Source of the DNA: Macrostomum lignano
Lineage: Eukaryota
Assembly: GCA_002269645.1 (NCBI GenBank)
Contig: NIVC01003389.1
Span: 1 to 64,000 of the forward strand
Reading direction: 5' to 3'
DNA length: 64,000 nt
Part shown: positions 26,021 through 39,000 of the stretch, piece by piece
Layout: each line of letters starts with the position of its first letter
How positions within the stretch are numbered: position 1 is the stretch's first letter
Translations under genes and position numbers: made by a program
Notes under the pieces: generated by a model
Database searches by the model: none
The model's input: the letters and a program-made list of their open reading frames with translations, nothing else
Told to the model about the DNA's origin: nothing

Positions 26021-28275
26021 TTAATAAACCTCTTAAACTTTGTCTAACTTGGATACTCTGACTGTTATTCCAAATTTCCAACTTGTATTCGTAATGAGGT
26101 TAATTTAATTACAAGTTGGAACAATAGTGGAATATTCCAACTCTTATTCTAACTGATTATTAAATACACTACATAAGTCTATAAATATTATTCCAACTCT
26201 TATTCCAACTGATAAACTATAATAATTGACTTATAATTGAGGTGGGGCAAAGAAAGAAATGAGCTCATTCCATATAAGCATGGTCGTAACATGACAGGTT
26301 ATTTTTACTTATAAAATGAAATCTAATAATAGAATATACTAAACCAATATTTTAAATGAAAGATTATTTTGTCTAGAATCTATTTATAGAGTTTCATATA
26401 GATATCATCATTAGTATAGATGCTATTAAACTTTAAATGACACTTATGGTCGTAACGACAGGATTTTTGACATATAGAAACTAAAAGGTAAAAGTCTTAT
26501 AACATTTTTCATTTTTGATATTTTGCAATACATTTTTAAAATTTGACTAAGAACATCTTTAGAAATCATACTCTTTTATTAGAATATATAAACTCAAAAG
26601 GCAACAAAGATACAAAAGAAAAGGCAGCCTTATGGTCGTAACATTATGGTCGTAACATATTTTTTTCTGTCAATTCAGTAACTTTGAGGTACTAATACAT
26701 TAAAAATATAATAGATTATTTGGTCACCAATGCTTTTATCTGATGATGCAAGTACTATACTTTTATCTATAGTTTGTTTCAACCTTCAAAAGCTTTCTAT
26801 TTGTTTTTAAAAGGTACAAAATCTAAATGATGTCTTTTGCTTCGAAAAATGTCCAAATTTTTACAAAAATGACTTTTTGCCAATTGATAACATACTAATC
26901 CAACATTTTACCATTCCTTTATTCTTAGATTGTATATATTGCACAATATAAACATTTGGTAAAAAAATAGGCTAATTAGGCAATGGCAAGCAAAAATATT
27001 GACTTTTTTCTATTTTCCAAATATGTCCATCTTATATGGAATGAGCCAATGTACTTTGGGTTACTGTTGTTAGCTGACATTGAAAAATGGGCAGTTTTGA
27101 ACTTTGACTTCTGCCTCTATTGTCTTAGCACTCATAAAGCTAAAAAATTTCATGAACTGAAGCACTGATCCTTCTCCTTGGATGCTCTATCTGCCAGGGT
27201 CCTCAATTCTAGGGGGAGAGTAGTCGTAATTGCAATTGAGTGGTCTTTTAGTGGCATGGTCATTCAAATTAGGTCCTTAGACACCATAAATTCCATAATC
27301 TGTCAATATGCTCAGTTTATTTCTCTCAGTACTAAAGTAGTGCTGCCACTACCATAATTTCGTATTATGGAACATTGAGGGTCTTAGAGCTTTCTTTGAG
27401 TTGAGACTGATTGGTTATTTTATGCCTTGTGGGCAAATGACTCAATATAAACTAGAGGCTTCAATCAGGAATAAACGAATAAATATTTGACATAACTTTT
27501 GGCTTGTTATTATTTATAGTATTATGCACTAGATAATGAGTAGTTACAATTCAAGTACTAAAAGATTATTATTACTATTGTTGGCTGATATACGAGTGAG
27601 GCAAATCGGCAGTGCTGAGAGTGAGCAAGAAATTAATAAATGATTAGACGCTAAGAGCTAGGGCAAAACAAGCTAAACAGAGTAAGACAGAGTAAAGAAG
27701 ACGCATGAGAGCAAGATTGGTTTCACGTAACGCTTAAATATTAAATGGCAGAGCTAAACCTAGAGGGTGGGACAACAGAAAGGACAAGGGAAGGGGCACC
27801 CAAAGGAAAAAGGAAAAAACCTGGCCACTGGAAATGGTATAACAACAAAAGAACATGGGAAGTAGCAGCGAAGGGAGCAGGCAAAGGAGCAAAGGCGGGG
27901 ACACAAAAGAGCAGGCGAGGGGACATATGTCATAAATAAAATAAGTGATGTCAGCTGTCAATGCCTGGAAAATAATAACAGTCTGCCTTGTCCATGCTAA
28001 AGGTCTGCCATCGTTCTCCCAGTGGTAGACTGGCCTACCACATAATTTATAATAATCAGTTTATATTAAAGTTGGAATCAGTCAGAAGACTACAAGAATT
28101 AGTTGGAATAAAATTTAACTCTTGCAATGTATTAGATTATTAGTTGGAATAAGAGTCAAAATATTTTAACTATTGTTCCAACTTGTAATTAGGCCAAACC
28201 TCATTATGAGTTAGAAATTCAAAATAACAGTCAGAATATTCAGAATCAGACACAAAGTTTAAAAGGTAATTAATA
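26021..28275. mobile_element. old DNA-transposon-like element bounded by long inverted repeats (about 140-200 bp)
   Basis: 26021-26160 aligns to the reverse complement of about 28125-28275 (shared TCTGACTGTTATT, TAATGAGGT, TAATTACAAGTTGGAACAATAGT). No intact ORF inside. Confidence 0.65.
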
Positions 28276-30122
28276 ATAATAGATAATAAGCACTAAGAAA
28301 TCAAAACATGTTGCATATTATTCAAAAAGTCAAATCAATACTAAAAGGACTTGTTATTTTTCTAAATTTTGATTAAAACTATATGTAGCATTGTTGGTGG
28401 ATATTATTATTACCTAGTTAAGTCTTTTTAGCACTCATTCTAAGTGTAGCCTTGTCATTTATGCTTTTGTATATAATATAAATATTTATATTTAGCAAAT
28501 GATATAGTGTATTCATTTTAAAAGACCTTCCAATATAAGTATTAAATATGTTATGAAGCATTTCTAGGAAATCATAGTTCTATCATAGTTCAAATCTGTG
28601 CAAAAAAAGAAATCATTATTATTTTAGTTTTATTATTGTGAGTTCAAATAATATTTCACGAAATAATTTTTGTTTTAAATACATTTCACAACTAGTACGA
28701 AGCCTGAGCCAAATTCTCTTACTACTACTACTACTACTAAATAGGAGCCCAGAATGGGCCTAAAGAAGTCAACCTGGGAGTAACCTGTCTTTACGGTGAA
28801 ATTGCGAGTTCTACTAAATCCTATTTGCAAGACTTAAAGACTTCTTCATTTCCTAGCGTAAACCCCAATTGGGAGTATTGTTAGAAAACCGCTAAAAAGC
28901 AAGAGAATTGACTAAGAGTAGAAAGGACTTGCGGAGTAGTAGGAGAAAATCGCGTCAGGGCAGAGAAAACGCTTCATAGCAGGAAAAGATCGCCTCAGGG
29001 CAGAAAAGGAGCATAAGCTGTGACCCTCTGATCCAGGGAACGCCAGGACTGAGAGATATAAGAGTAGACAGTGCCAATAGACCACTCAGGCAAAAGGTAC
29101 AGTACATATACAACCGCTACCATTAGATAAGTAGACGCTACCAATATAAATAGATAAGTAGATGCTACCAATATAAGTAGATAAGTAGACGCTACCAATA
29201 TTAGTAGTACATTTATGCAAAAAGTACATTAAATAGAAAGACAGAATTAACAGGCCTGTAACAACTTTGGTGGCAGCGAGTAAAGCTAAACAAAAGAATA
29301 ATTAAGAGCCCTGGGACAGCTTTTGGTGGCATTTAGTGAGATTCTCAGTGTACAGGAAACACCCCTAGCACACAAATATTTAGCATATTTAGCAAATGCA
29401 ATTAAATTAAATCGATTTTTCAAAATTTAAGAAAAAGTAAGCTAGCTTAACAAAATAGATACTACATTTATTAGGAAAAAAGTTTTTAAAAATATATTAT
29501 ATTGTTATAAGATTACTTTATTATTTAGGCATCATAAACTAAGGCCACCAAAAAGCAATCTGAGATACTAAAAATTTGAGTAAAAAGCACAAAAAACACA
29601 AAGCACAAGCACCAAAAAGTATAAAAATCTAAATTTTACCTATAGATACTTTACAATTAGGCCTACCTTTTTTTAGTCTTAACTTATTATGAAAATATAA
29701 GATAACTATTTATTATATATTTATATTTGTTACAGTATATATAACTCTAATACTATATTATATGATAGCAGGCAAATAACACTCAGTATTTATACAATCA
29801 CATACAAATAAAGAATGCTTTCATTTAAACCATCCTTCTGTATAATTTGCATAATTAATAGTAATAATAAGCACTAAGGTATAAACATGCATAAATCATG
29901 CCTATAATTTAGTTACCTTAAGTTAGTTTTAACTCATGAAAATATAAGATAGCTATTTATCAGATATTTATTTCAGTTTCTATATACAAATTCTAGTACT
30001 ATTTATTAGGCATACAACATTAGCAATATTTAAACAAAACTATAGAAATAACAAATGCCATTACCAATGTTTTTTTAATTTATTTTTCCTCTTGTAGTCT
30101 TTCTAGTTAATATCATATACCC

Positions 30123-30415
30123 TAGGTTTATAGCCTAGTGGTCAGAGCATCAGACTCATGACTTGAAAGTCAGAAGTTTGATTCTCAAATCCCACTGCAA
30201 CAATTTGTGTCCTTGAGCAAGACACTTAACTCTGCATTGCTTCAGTTCATCTAGCTATAACTAGCATTAGCTAGGGTAATTGAGGGTGTGTGGTGACCCC
30301 TTTGTCCTTAGAATAGCTATATATAACTTTCAGATATGCCATGCAATGGCTATAGCTAAGCTGTCAGTTGCACATCTGCCTATTAGGGAAAGTATAATCA
30401 ATTATTATTATTTTA
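30123..30415 (+). mobile_element. tRNA-derived SINE, decayed
   Basis: Box A TAGCCTAGTGG, decayed box B GTTTGATTC, SINE core-like GTGTCCTTGAGCAAGACACTTAAC and an (ATT)n tail. Confidence 0.75.
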
Positions 30416-33400
30416 TATTAGAATAACTAGATGTGCCACACAAGCATATTTATACTTAGTAAATCAGTTTTTTACTTTTAACTCAATAAGAAGAAAGAAT
30501 ACATAGGCTATTTTATAAAATAAAGGCAACTGAAATGACTTTAATAAGTTTAGAAGCCCAAGCTTGCAAGTGTAAATAGCTTGCTAATTGGTTCAGCAAT
30601 AATGTACACTAGCCACTAAAAATAAAAGGCTGATTTAGGCTGGGACAACTAAAGAAAATAATAAAAATTGGATGTCAAGGTTGGTATAGAGGTTTTGCAT
30701 AGAGTTTAAAGGTTTAGGCTTGAGGGTAAGAGCCAATAAATAAGCATTGTCTTTAAAATACATTAAAATACTTTAGTTTAGCTTACTACTGAACTGAAAT
30801 TAGCTTGCATGCAAATGTGCTGAGTGGCCTATCTAGTTATTCTAGTATCTATAGTTTATATTCATTTTTTATTCTATGTAATTGCATTCCAAAGTTATGA
30901 ATTTGCAAAAATTCATATTTTTTATTTAAATGTGCCTTATTTATCTGTATATTAGTAAGTCAATAGAACCTCATTGAGTTTCTACTTTTTATTGTTTCTT
31001 TTTCTCAACTCTTAAGGGATACAAAGTTGCAATGATTTAAAATATTTAATACTAGACCTATCCTACATAAGGGTTGGCCTATAGGCCATATAATTATATA
31101 ATGGATTTTTTATTTGTTATTAGGTCAAAACTAAGTCATATACTAGCATATTATAAAGTCATAGGCCAAGTATTGTATACCATATATATGATATATAGCA
31201 TTGACTTGCATGGTATATATTTAGGACTATAGTATTCAAATAGTTGTAAAACCATTTTCAGCTAAGATTATCTTGACTTATAAGCAAAAAATTTAGTGTA
31301 AATTAAAAAAAATTGGTTCCCTAAAGAGTTTTAATAAGAATCAATAATAATGCATGATATCAAATTTTAGTTTAAGTTTAGATATAAAATTAATTTTGCA
31401 AGTCTAGTCTTAATGATAATACTATGGTAATTAGAATATATACAACTGGTAAGCACCAGTGCAGCTACACTTGAAACCCCCAACCTTTGTCTAGCTTAGG
31501 TGGGTAGGTGTACCAAGCTAGCTGGCTTACTAAGCCAGGGATTGGCAAAGTCTATCATGCCACCTTTTTGCACTTCCCTAGGCCTATCAATCTTGCACTA
31601 TTTGTAAATATAAATATATGCACAAAGTAGCACAAAATCTTCACTGAAATTATATCCATTAAACTTAATAGCCTTCCCTTTTAATATATCTGATAACATT
31701 TAGAATCTTCAAGTAATAAACAATTGTTACTCTTGGATAAAGTAGTAATATAGTAGATAATATTCTTTAAATCCTAGTCAGAGATAGTCATAGGTAGATG
31801 CCAAATCAGCAAAGTAGATCTGGTAAAGCCTGCTATTGCAGCCAAAGGCCATTTTTGGATAGTGTACATGTACAGCTATAAAGCTGTATACAGCTTTGAT
31901 CTACCTAGCAAAATGGCAACACAGTGTAAGGCATGTATAAAAAAAGAGGTGCAATATTGCAGTGAAGTAAACTAGTGAAGTAAAAAAAACACTAGGCAAA
32001 GTAAGGCAAAAAATCATCATTTTTTATCTACCCTAATCTTTCTAGTTGAGATTTATAGATAAATCTAAAATTTATCATTTAAAATTTATAATAACTGTCT
32101 ATAAAGAATCTTATTTTATCTTTATCAATGATCTTTTTGTAGCAATTTTTAAAGAAAGAAAGTAGAATAATTGCTAAGAATGCAGAATTTTGCTATATAC
32201 AGTAATATATCTTTTTATGATTAATGCTATATAAACTGTTTTTTTCTGGAGAGCCTATAATACCATCTATAAAGCCATTTAAGTAATAATATTCCTTTAA
32301 CTTCTATTTTACCCTATATTTACCCAACCCTTGAAAAAGATTGCAAAAAGTCAGCTAGCAAAAACTAGAATAATGCAGAATGACCAAGCTTATGGGTTTA
32401 TTTGCTTTTGTTTATCATTTGTTCTATTGATTTATGTGAAGACTATCTCCATATGTACTTGTAGCTGATTTATCTCAGAAAGAAACTATTCATTTTGCTT
32501 TCAATAACTGTGTTTCTATTCAAAATAATGATAGTTTTGTTTTAACTACATTAACATATTCTGTGACAACTAATTATTGCAATAAACTTTTAGACATGCA
32601 AGATTCTGCTCTGCATATTTTTGACTAAAGTGCTTTTACTGTATTGTTTTGTCTTAAGCTTTTATTAAATTTTTAGTATATAGAATGTTTCTTAACGTGC
32701 ACATAAATGACTACTGCTCTATGAGTAGTGTATAAAATTTATTCTCTATTGCACACATTGCAGATGTAAATATTCTGTTTGCTTCCAGATTGTACAAGAC
32801 AAGTAAACACTGAATTTCATTGATTTCAAGTCAGCGAGACAATTGGGTGCCATGAAATCTTTTATTGCAGGTGAGAGCATTATTTCTGTTGCATTTTTTT
32901 GCAAAATTGAAAATGCTAGGTGTATGCTAGTGGTATATTTGAAATAACTGGAATTCTACAGTTGCTAAGTGCATACTGCCGAACTGCTCGGGTCAGGCTT
33001 GCGAGTTTTTTATCTACTATTTGAGCTCAATCTCAATCTTGCGGAGCTATGCCGCTCTTATCAACAGCTTATATAATAAAGTTAGTTTCAAGAAATTCGA
33101 ATAGCATAGAAATTGCTGCCACGTTTCTTATAAAGCTAATTGAATCAGAGCAGCATTGTTGATTCGCTGGGTCAGTCATAATGCTCAAAAGTTCAAGAGC
33201 TCGCAGTCAGTCTGCAAAACGGTCAGGCTCAACATCTGGCATCGATCAGGTGCGTGAGGTGCTGAACACTTCGATAATTAACAGTGCTGTAATGCCTGTG
33301 CTTTAATGAATTCATAAATACATTTACTGCATTTTTGACAGATTGCCAAGCTTTCAAGTTCCCAGCCAGCATCATTTATTAGCTGCTTCAGGCTTTCTCC

Positions 33401-33506
33401 TTCTTTAAGCAAGCCTGTCTTAAGTCAGGGGTCGGAAAACTGCGGCCGGCGGCCACATGCAACCCGCGAAGCCTCTCTATCCGGCCCTCGGGTCCTTGGA
33501 GACCTC

Positions 33507-34526
<1,020 letters not shown>

Positions 34527-35979
34527 TGGAGACCTCGCAATAGCAATTCAGCCCGCTCAATGTTTATCTCTTGATTCTCTTCTCAGTTCTCTTTTCTCTA
34601 ATCTCATCCTCTCCTCTCTCTCCCCTTCACTCCCTCTTATTTGTCAATCCTCTCTTACTCTCCGGCCCGCAGTCATTCTTTAGGTTTTCTATCTGGCCCT
34701 TGAGGTTAATAGTTCGCCGACCCCTGTCTTAGATGAATAGTAGATAGATAGTTTACTTAACACAGTCTTGACAGTAAGACCGACCCCCAAGCCCATTACA
34801 ATCCTTTGTTAAGCAATCTTCTCAAACAATTAATCAAATCGCCAGCCTTCCGTATAGTCGAGATATTCAACAGTTCGGCCAGAAGATTAGCTGCTCCCAT
34901 AAGCTTCGACTTTGGCAGCCTTCTGTACCTTCAACAGATGACATAGACGCATTGTGGCGACCATGTTTGACTTTCCTGATCAAGCCTCAACTGCTGGACT
35001 TCCTCAATAAGTCTCTCAAGCGATCAGTCGTCATCCTGACAGCTTCAAGACAATAAAAATTAGCCCCTGTAATTTCTTTTAAATTAAAAATTTCATCATT
35101 CGCACTTGAACTACTTATGACCGGTAGTAGTTTCTTAGCGCATATTTAAAATCAAAAAAGCTGATTTCATTATGGAGTTGCTTTTCTTACAAAATATTGA
35201 AGTATTGGAAATATTGAATGATTGCAACCCAGAAAACATCTGCAGTTACAACCAAGGTTTTACGTCGTATAACGTAAATATCGATTTTTCCCTCAGAGCT
35301 CTCTCAGTTCCAGCATAGCTATCCGTATATGCTTATAATATCCGTATATATTATTAATTAAATTAATAATTTAATTTAAACATGCCCAACAAAGGCCAGT
35401 TATAGTTTGTGCCTCAGTTTTACGAGGCCTTCCACTCTAGTAATTCGTATCCAGGCTTGTTTTTTAAGGCGTTGCCGTTAATACTGTGTACCCGATTTTA
35501 TGGTAGGAATTGGTTGGCATGAGCAGACTCAGAATTATGACTTCTCTCTCTCCCTCTTGCCTCCACTTCATCTCTTCTAAAAGCAAGCGCTTTAGCTCTG
35601 CACACCACACTGCGTACTCTCTGCTTGCGTTTCCCACCGCCCGTCGCTTCCCTGTGTAGCCAATTGGGCTTCTCTTTCTGCTCCCCTCCTCACTGTGACA
35701 ACCGCCGTCTCCTCCTCTATTCCCTAATCTTCCACCTGCCCGCCCGTCGCTGCATAGGAAAAAGGAAACAATGGGGCAATGGGGTGGGGGCGGAAGACAG
35801 AGAGGCGGGCTGTGGCGGGTTGGCGCATTGCTGGGTGAATTATGGGGACAGGTATAGAGGTAGGTAGGGCCTAATAATATAGCTACTGAGTCAGCAGGGG
35901 GCATAGCCGGCGGGAGCAGCAATTCTCTCATTTTTCCCGTCTGTCGCAGTCAGAAAGCCAGCCAGCCAGCCAGAAAGTC

Positions 35980-36021
35980 ATGCCGGTTTCTCTTAGGCGA
36001 ACCGCCTCAGCCAGGGGCTCC
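35980..36021 (+). CDS. putative first coding exon (MPVSLRRTASARGS)
   Basis: ATG at 35980, GTAAGT donor at 36022; phase 0 matches the next exon. Confidence 0.55.
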
Positions 36022-39000
36022 GTAAGTTGTGCCTTTGAATCTTCTCTATGAATTTTCTAAACCTGAATTTGATACCTAATAGGAACGGTTTCTGAGTTTG
36101 TTTTGAGTAACTTTTAAGGCGAGGGGCATTTGTGACGCTTTTGCAGATCAATGAACTGGAACCAAACCCCCACCCCCTCCCCCCGGCAGGAGCGCAAGCG
36201 GCACCAGGATTCCGCCAACTCCGTGCGTCGCCGGGCGGCCGCCGCGCCTGCTGCCTCTGGAGCGCAGAGGCTGCCGGGGACTGTCGCAGTTCGAGGAGGC
36301 GCTGCTGCTCCGGGGGCACCCACCGCCGTTGCCGTGGTCGAGCTGGACCATCGGCATCAGCATGCGCCGCAGGGGAAACAGCAGGGGCAGCAGCAGAGAC
36401 ACCCCGGACCCGTTGCTAATGGCGACAGTTTCAGCTCAGCGAATCCTGATGTGCATCGGCTGTCGCAGCAGGTGGCCAGGCTGGAGGCTGCCGGTAAGAC
36501 TGCAGTTGCTGTGTCAGCCTCCCAGATCCTCAGTTGCTGTGCCTGCCAGCCTCCCAGATCCTCAGTTGCTGTGCCTGCCAGCCTCCCAGATCCTCAGTTG
36601 CAGGGTCAGCCTCCCAGATCCTCAGTTGCAGGGCCAGCCTCCCAGATCCTCAGTTGCAGGGCCAGCCTCCCAGATCCTCAGTTGCAGGGCCAGCCTCCCA
36701 GATCCTCAGTTGCAGGGCCACCCTCCCAGATCCTCAGTTTCAGGGCCAGCCTCCCAGATCCTCAGTTTCAGGGCCACCCTCCCAGATCCTCAGTTTCAGG
36801 GCCACCCTCCCAGATCCTCAGTTGCAGGGCCACCCTCCCAGATCCTCAGTTTCAGGGCCAGCCTCTCAGATCCTCAGTTGCAGAACCACTCTCCCAGATC
36901 CTCAGTTTCAGGGCCAGCCCCCCAGATCCTCAGTTGCTGGGCCACAGCCTCCCAGATCCTCAGTTTCAGGGCCACCCTCCCAGATCCTCAGTTGCAGGGC
37001 CACCCTCCCAGATCCTCAGTTTCCGGGCCAGCCTCTCAGATCCTCAGTTGCAGGGCCACTCTCCCAGATCCTCAGTTTCAGGGCCAGCCCCCCAGATCCT
37101 CAGTTGCTGGGCCACAGCCTCCCAGATCCTCAGTTGCAGGGCCAGCCTCCCAGATCCTCAGTTGCTGGACCAGCCTCTCAGATCCTGGGACTAATTAAAC
37201 AGTCATATAGTTCAAAAGTTTAGCAGCAGAAAGCACTTAATTGTGCTTTGACCTCTTGTCATTTAGTCAGAGTCGAAGTGCAATTTGCATTTAGAAGGCT
37301 TTCAAATACTTTTTCAATTTTCATGAATCTCGAGATCTCTGCCCCCCCCCCCCTGCGCGCAGTCTGACAGTCTCCAAGCTTTGCTGTTTTTTTTATTTAT
37401 CCAAGTTTGCTTTGCTAGCTGGCTGTATACGGGAAGATGCGTTATGAAATGCTATGAAAACTCTGCGATACCCATAGATCTCTGTGGCTCTGTTAGACAG
37501 AATGGCCTGAGGGCCAGGAATTTGTTTTCATATTAAATCAACAGCATAGACTCGGGGCTGCGGCTACAATGAGGGCTGGGCTATGCTGGGAGAGACTTGG
37601 GTTCGACATGGATGGAGGGTGCCGGTGCGTCTACCTTTGCATTTTTTGCTGCCTGCTCAAGTGCAAATGCGGTCCGCCCCCATGCAGAAAGTAGACAGAG
37701 AGTTGGGGGAGAGAGAGAAGGTTTAAACTGGTGGCATGGAGATATTAATGCGCAGTTATCTTGGCTTACCCCCCCCCCCCTGACTGGGCCTCTGTGTGCG
37801 CACCTGCCTTAACTGTCTTCTGAATGAACCCATTTTTTACCTTGGCCCACACTCACTGTCTGCTCCTTCCCACCAATACCTTTGCCCTGAGTTCTGCCCC
37901 TCTGCCCGCTTCCTGTTGCTAAGCCCACTAGCTGTCACTGAAATGGAGTCCGCCTTTCATTCTCTGACCAAAAAACACGGGGCGGGCGGGCGCGCTCTCT
38001 CGCCAAAGGGGGGCAGGGCTGCTGCCTGTGCGGCGTGTACTTCGCCTCTCTACCGTTGCCTCTCGCCTGCCCCCTCCTTCCCTTCCTCCCTCTCTTGTCT
38101 GAGGTGGTTGGCTTTCTTTTTTAGTTGCAGCAGAAAGTGTGCGTGTGTGTGTGTGTAGCTTATCAGGCACCCCTCTTAAATTTACAGCCTGCATTTTTGC
38201 CACCTCCCCCTCCCGAGTACCCCTGGCACCCGCCCCCAGCTCATCTCATCTGACTCTCTCCATTAATAAGGTCCGAATGCTTCTCACACCCGATTTAGTC
38301 CGCTTCTAAAAAGGGTCGCGTATTGAAATTGAAATCTAACAATTTGCTTGTCAGAGCGACAGCTCGAGTCTCAGCTAGTCCAACTCAAACAGCCAGCTCG
38401 AGGCGAAGACGCAGCCGACGAAGAGTCCGCTTGGCTGGACAGTTTCGCTGCTGTCCGAAGCAATTTGAGACGATCTCGCAGCTTCAGAGACTCGACAGCA
38501 TCGGCAGGCTCTGGTGCAGCTGGTTACTATCAGCATTTTGACTGGGCAGCAACTCAGGACGCCAGCATGATGCGAGCTTCGACTCCAGCTGCTGCTGAGG
38601 ACAATCGCCATCGTCAGGGTCGGACGGCCGAGAAGTCTGCGGCGGCGCCTCCTGCGAGGTTGTATAGTGCCAAGGTGAGGCAGTGTGTCTGAGCTGGTAT
38701 CACTTCTGTGTCTGAGCTGGTATCACTTCTGTGTCTGAGCTGGTATCACTTGTGTGTCTGAGCTGGTATCACTTCTGTATCTGAGCTGGTATCACTTGTG
38801 TGTCTGAGCTAGTATCACTTCTGTATCTGAGCTGGTATCACTTCTGTGTCTGAGCTGGTATCACTTCTGTGTCTGAGCTGGTATCACTTGTGTGTCTGAG
38901 ATGGTGTCATCCCCCTGTTAGAGCTGGAATCACCCTTGTGTTGTTGGAGTTGGCATCAGTTCGCCTCTGCCGCGCCACCACCCGCAGGATGCCGCTGCCC

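Noticed and set aside
30123-30200. tRNA gene
   Set aside because: Box B is mutated, the cloverleaf is not maintained, and the sequence continues into a SINE core and tail.
30500-32900. Decayed hAT/BED-finger transposase on the minus strand
   Set aside because: Only a suggestive YICNVCNRE...HVKKH near 32690-32770. The remainder is too riddled with stops to support without a profile search.
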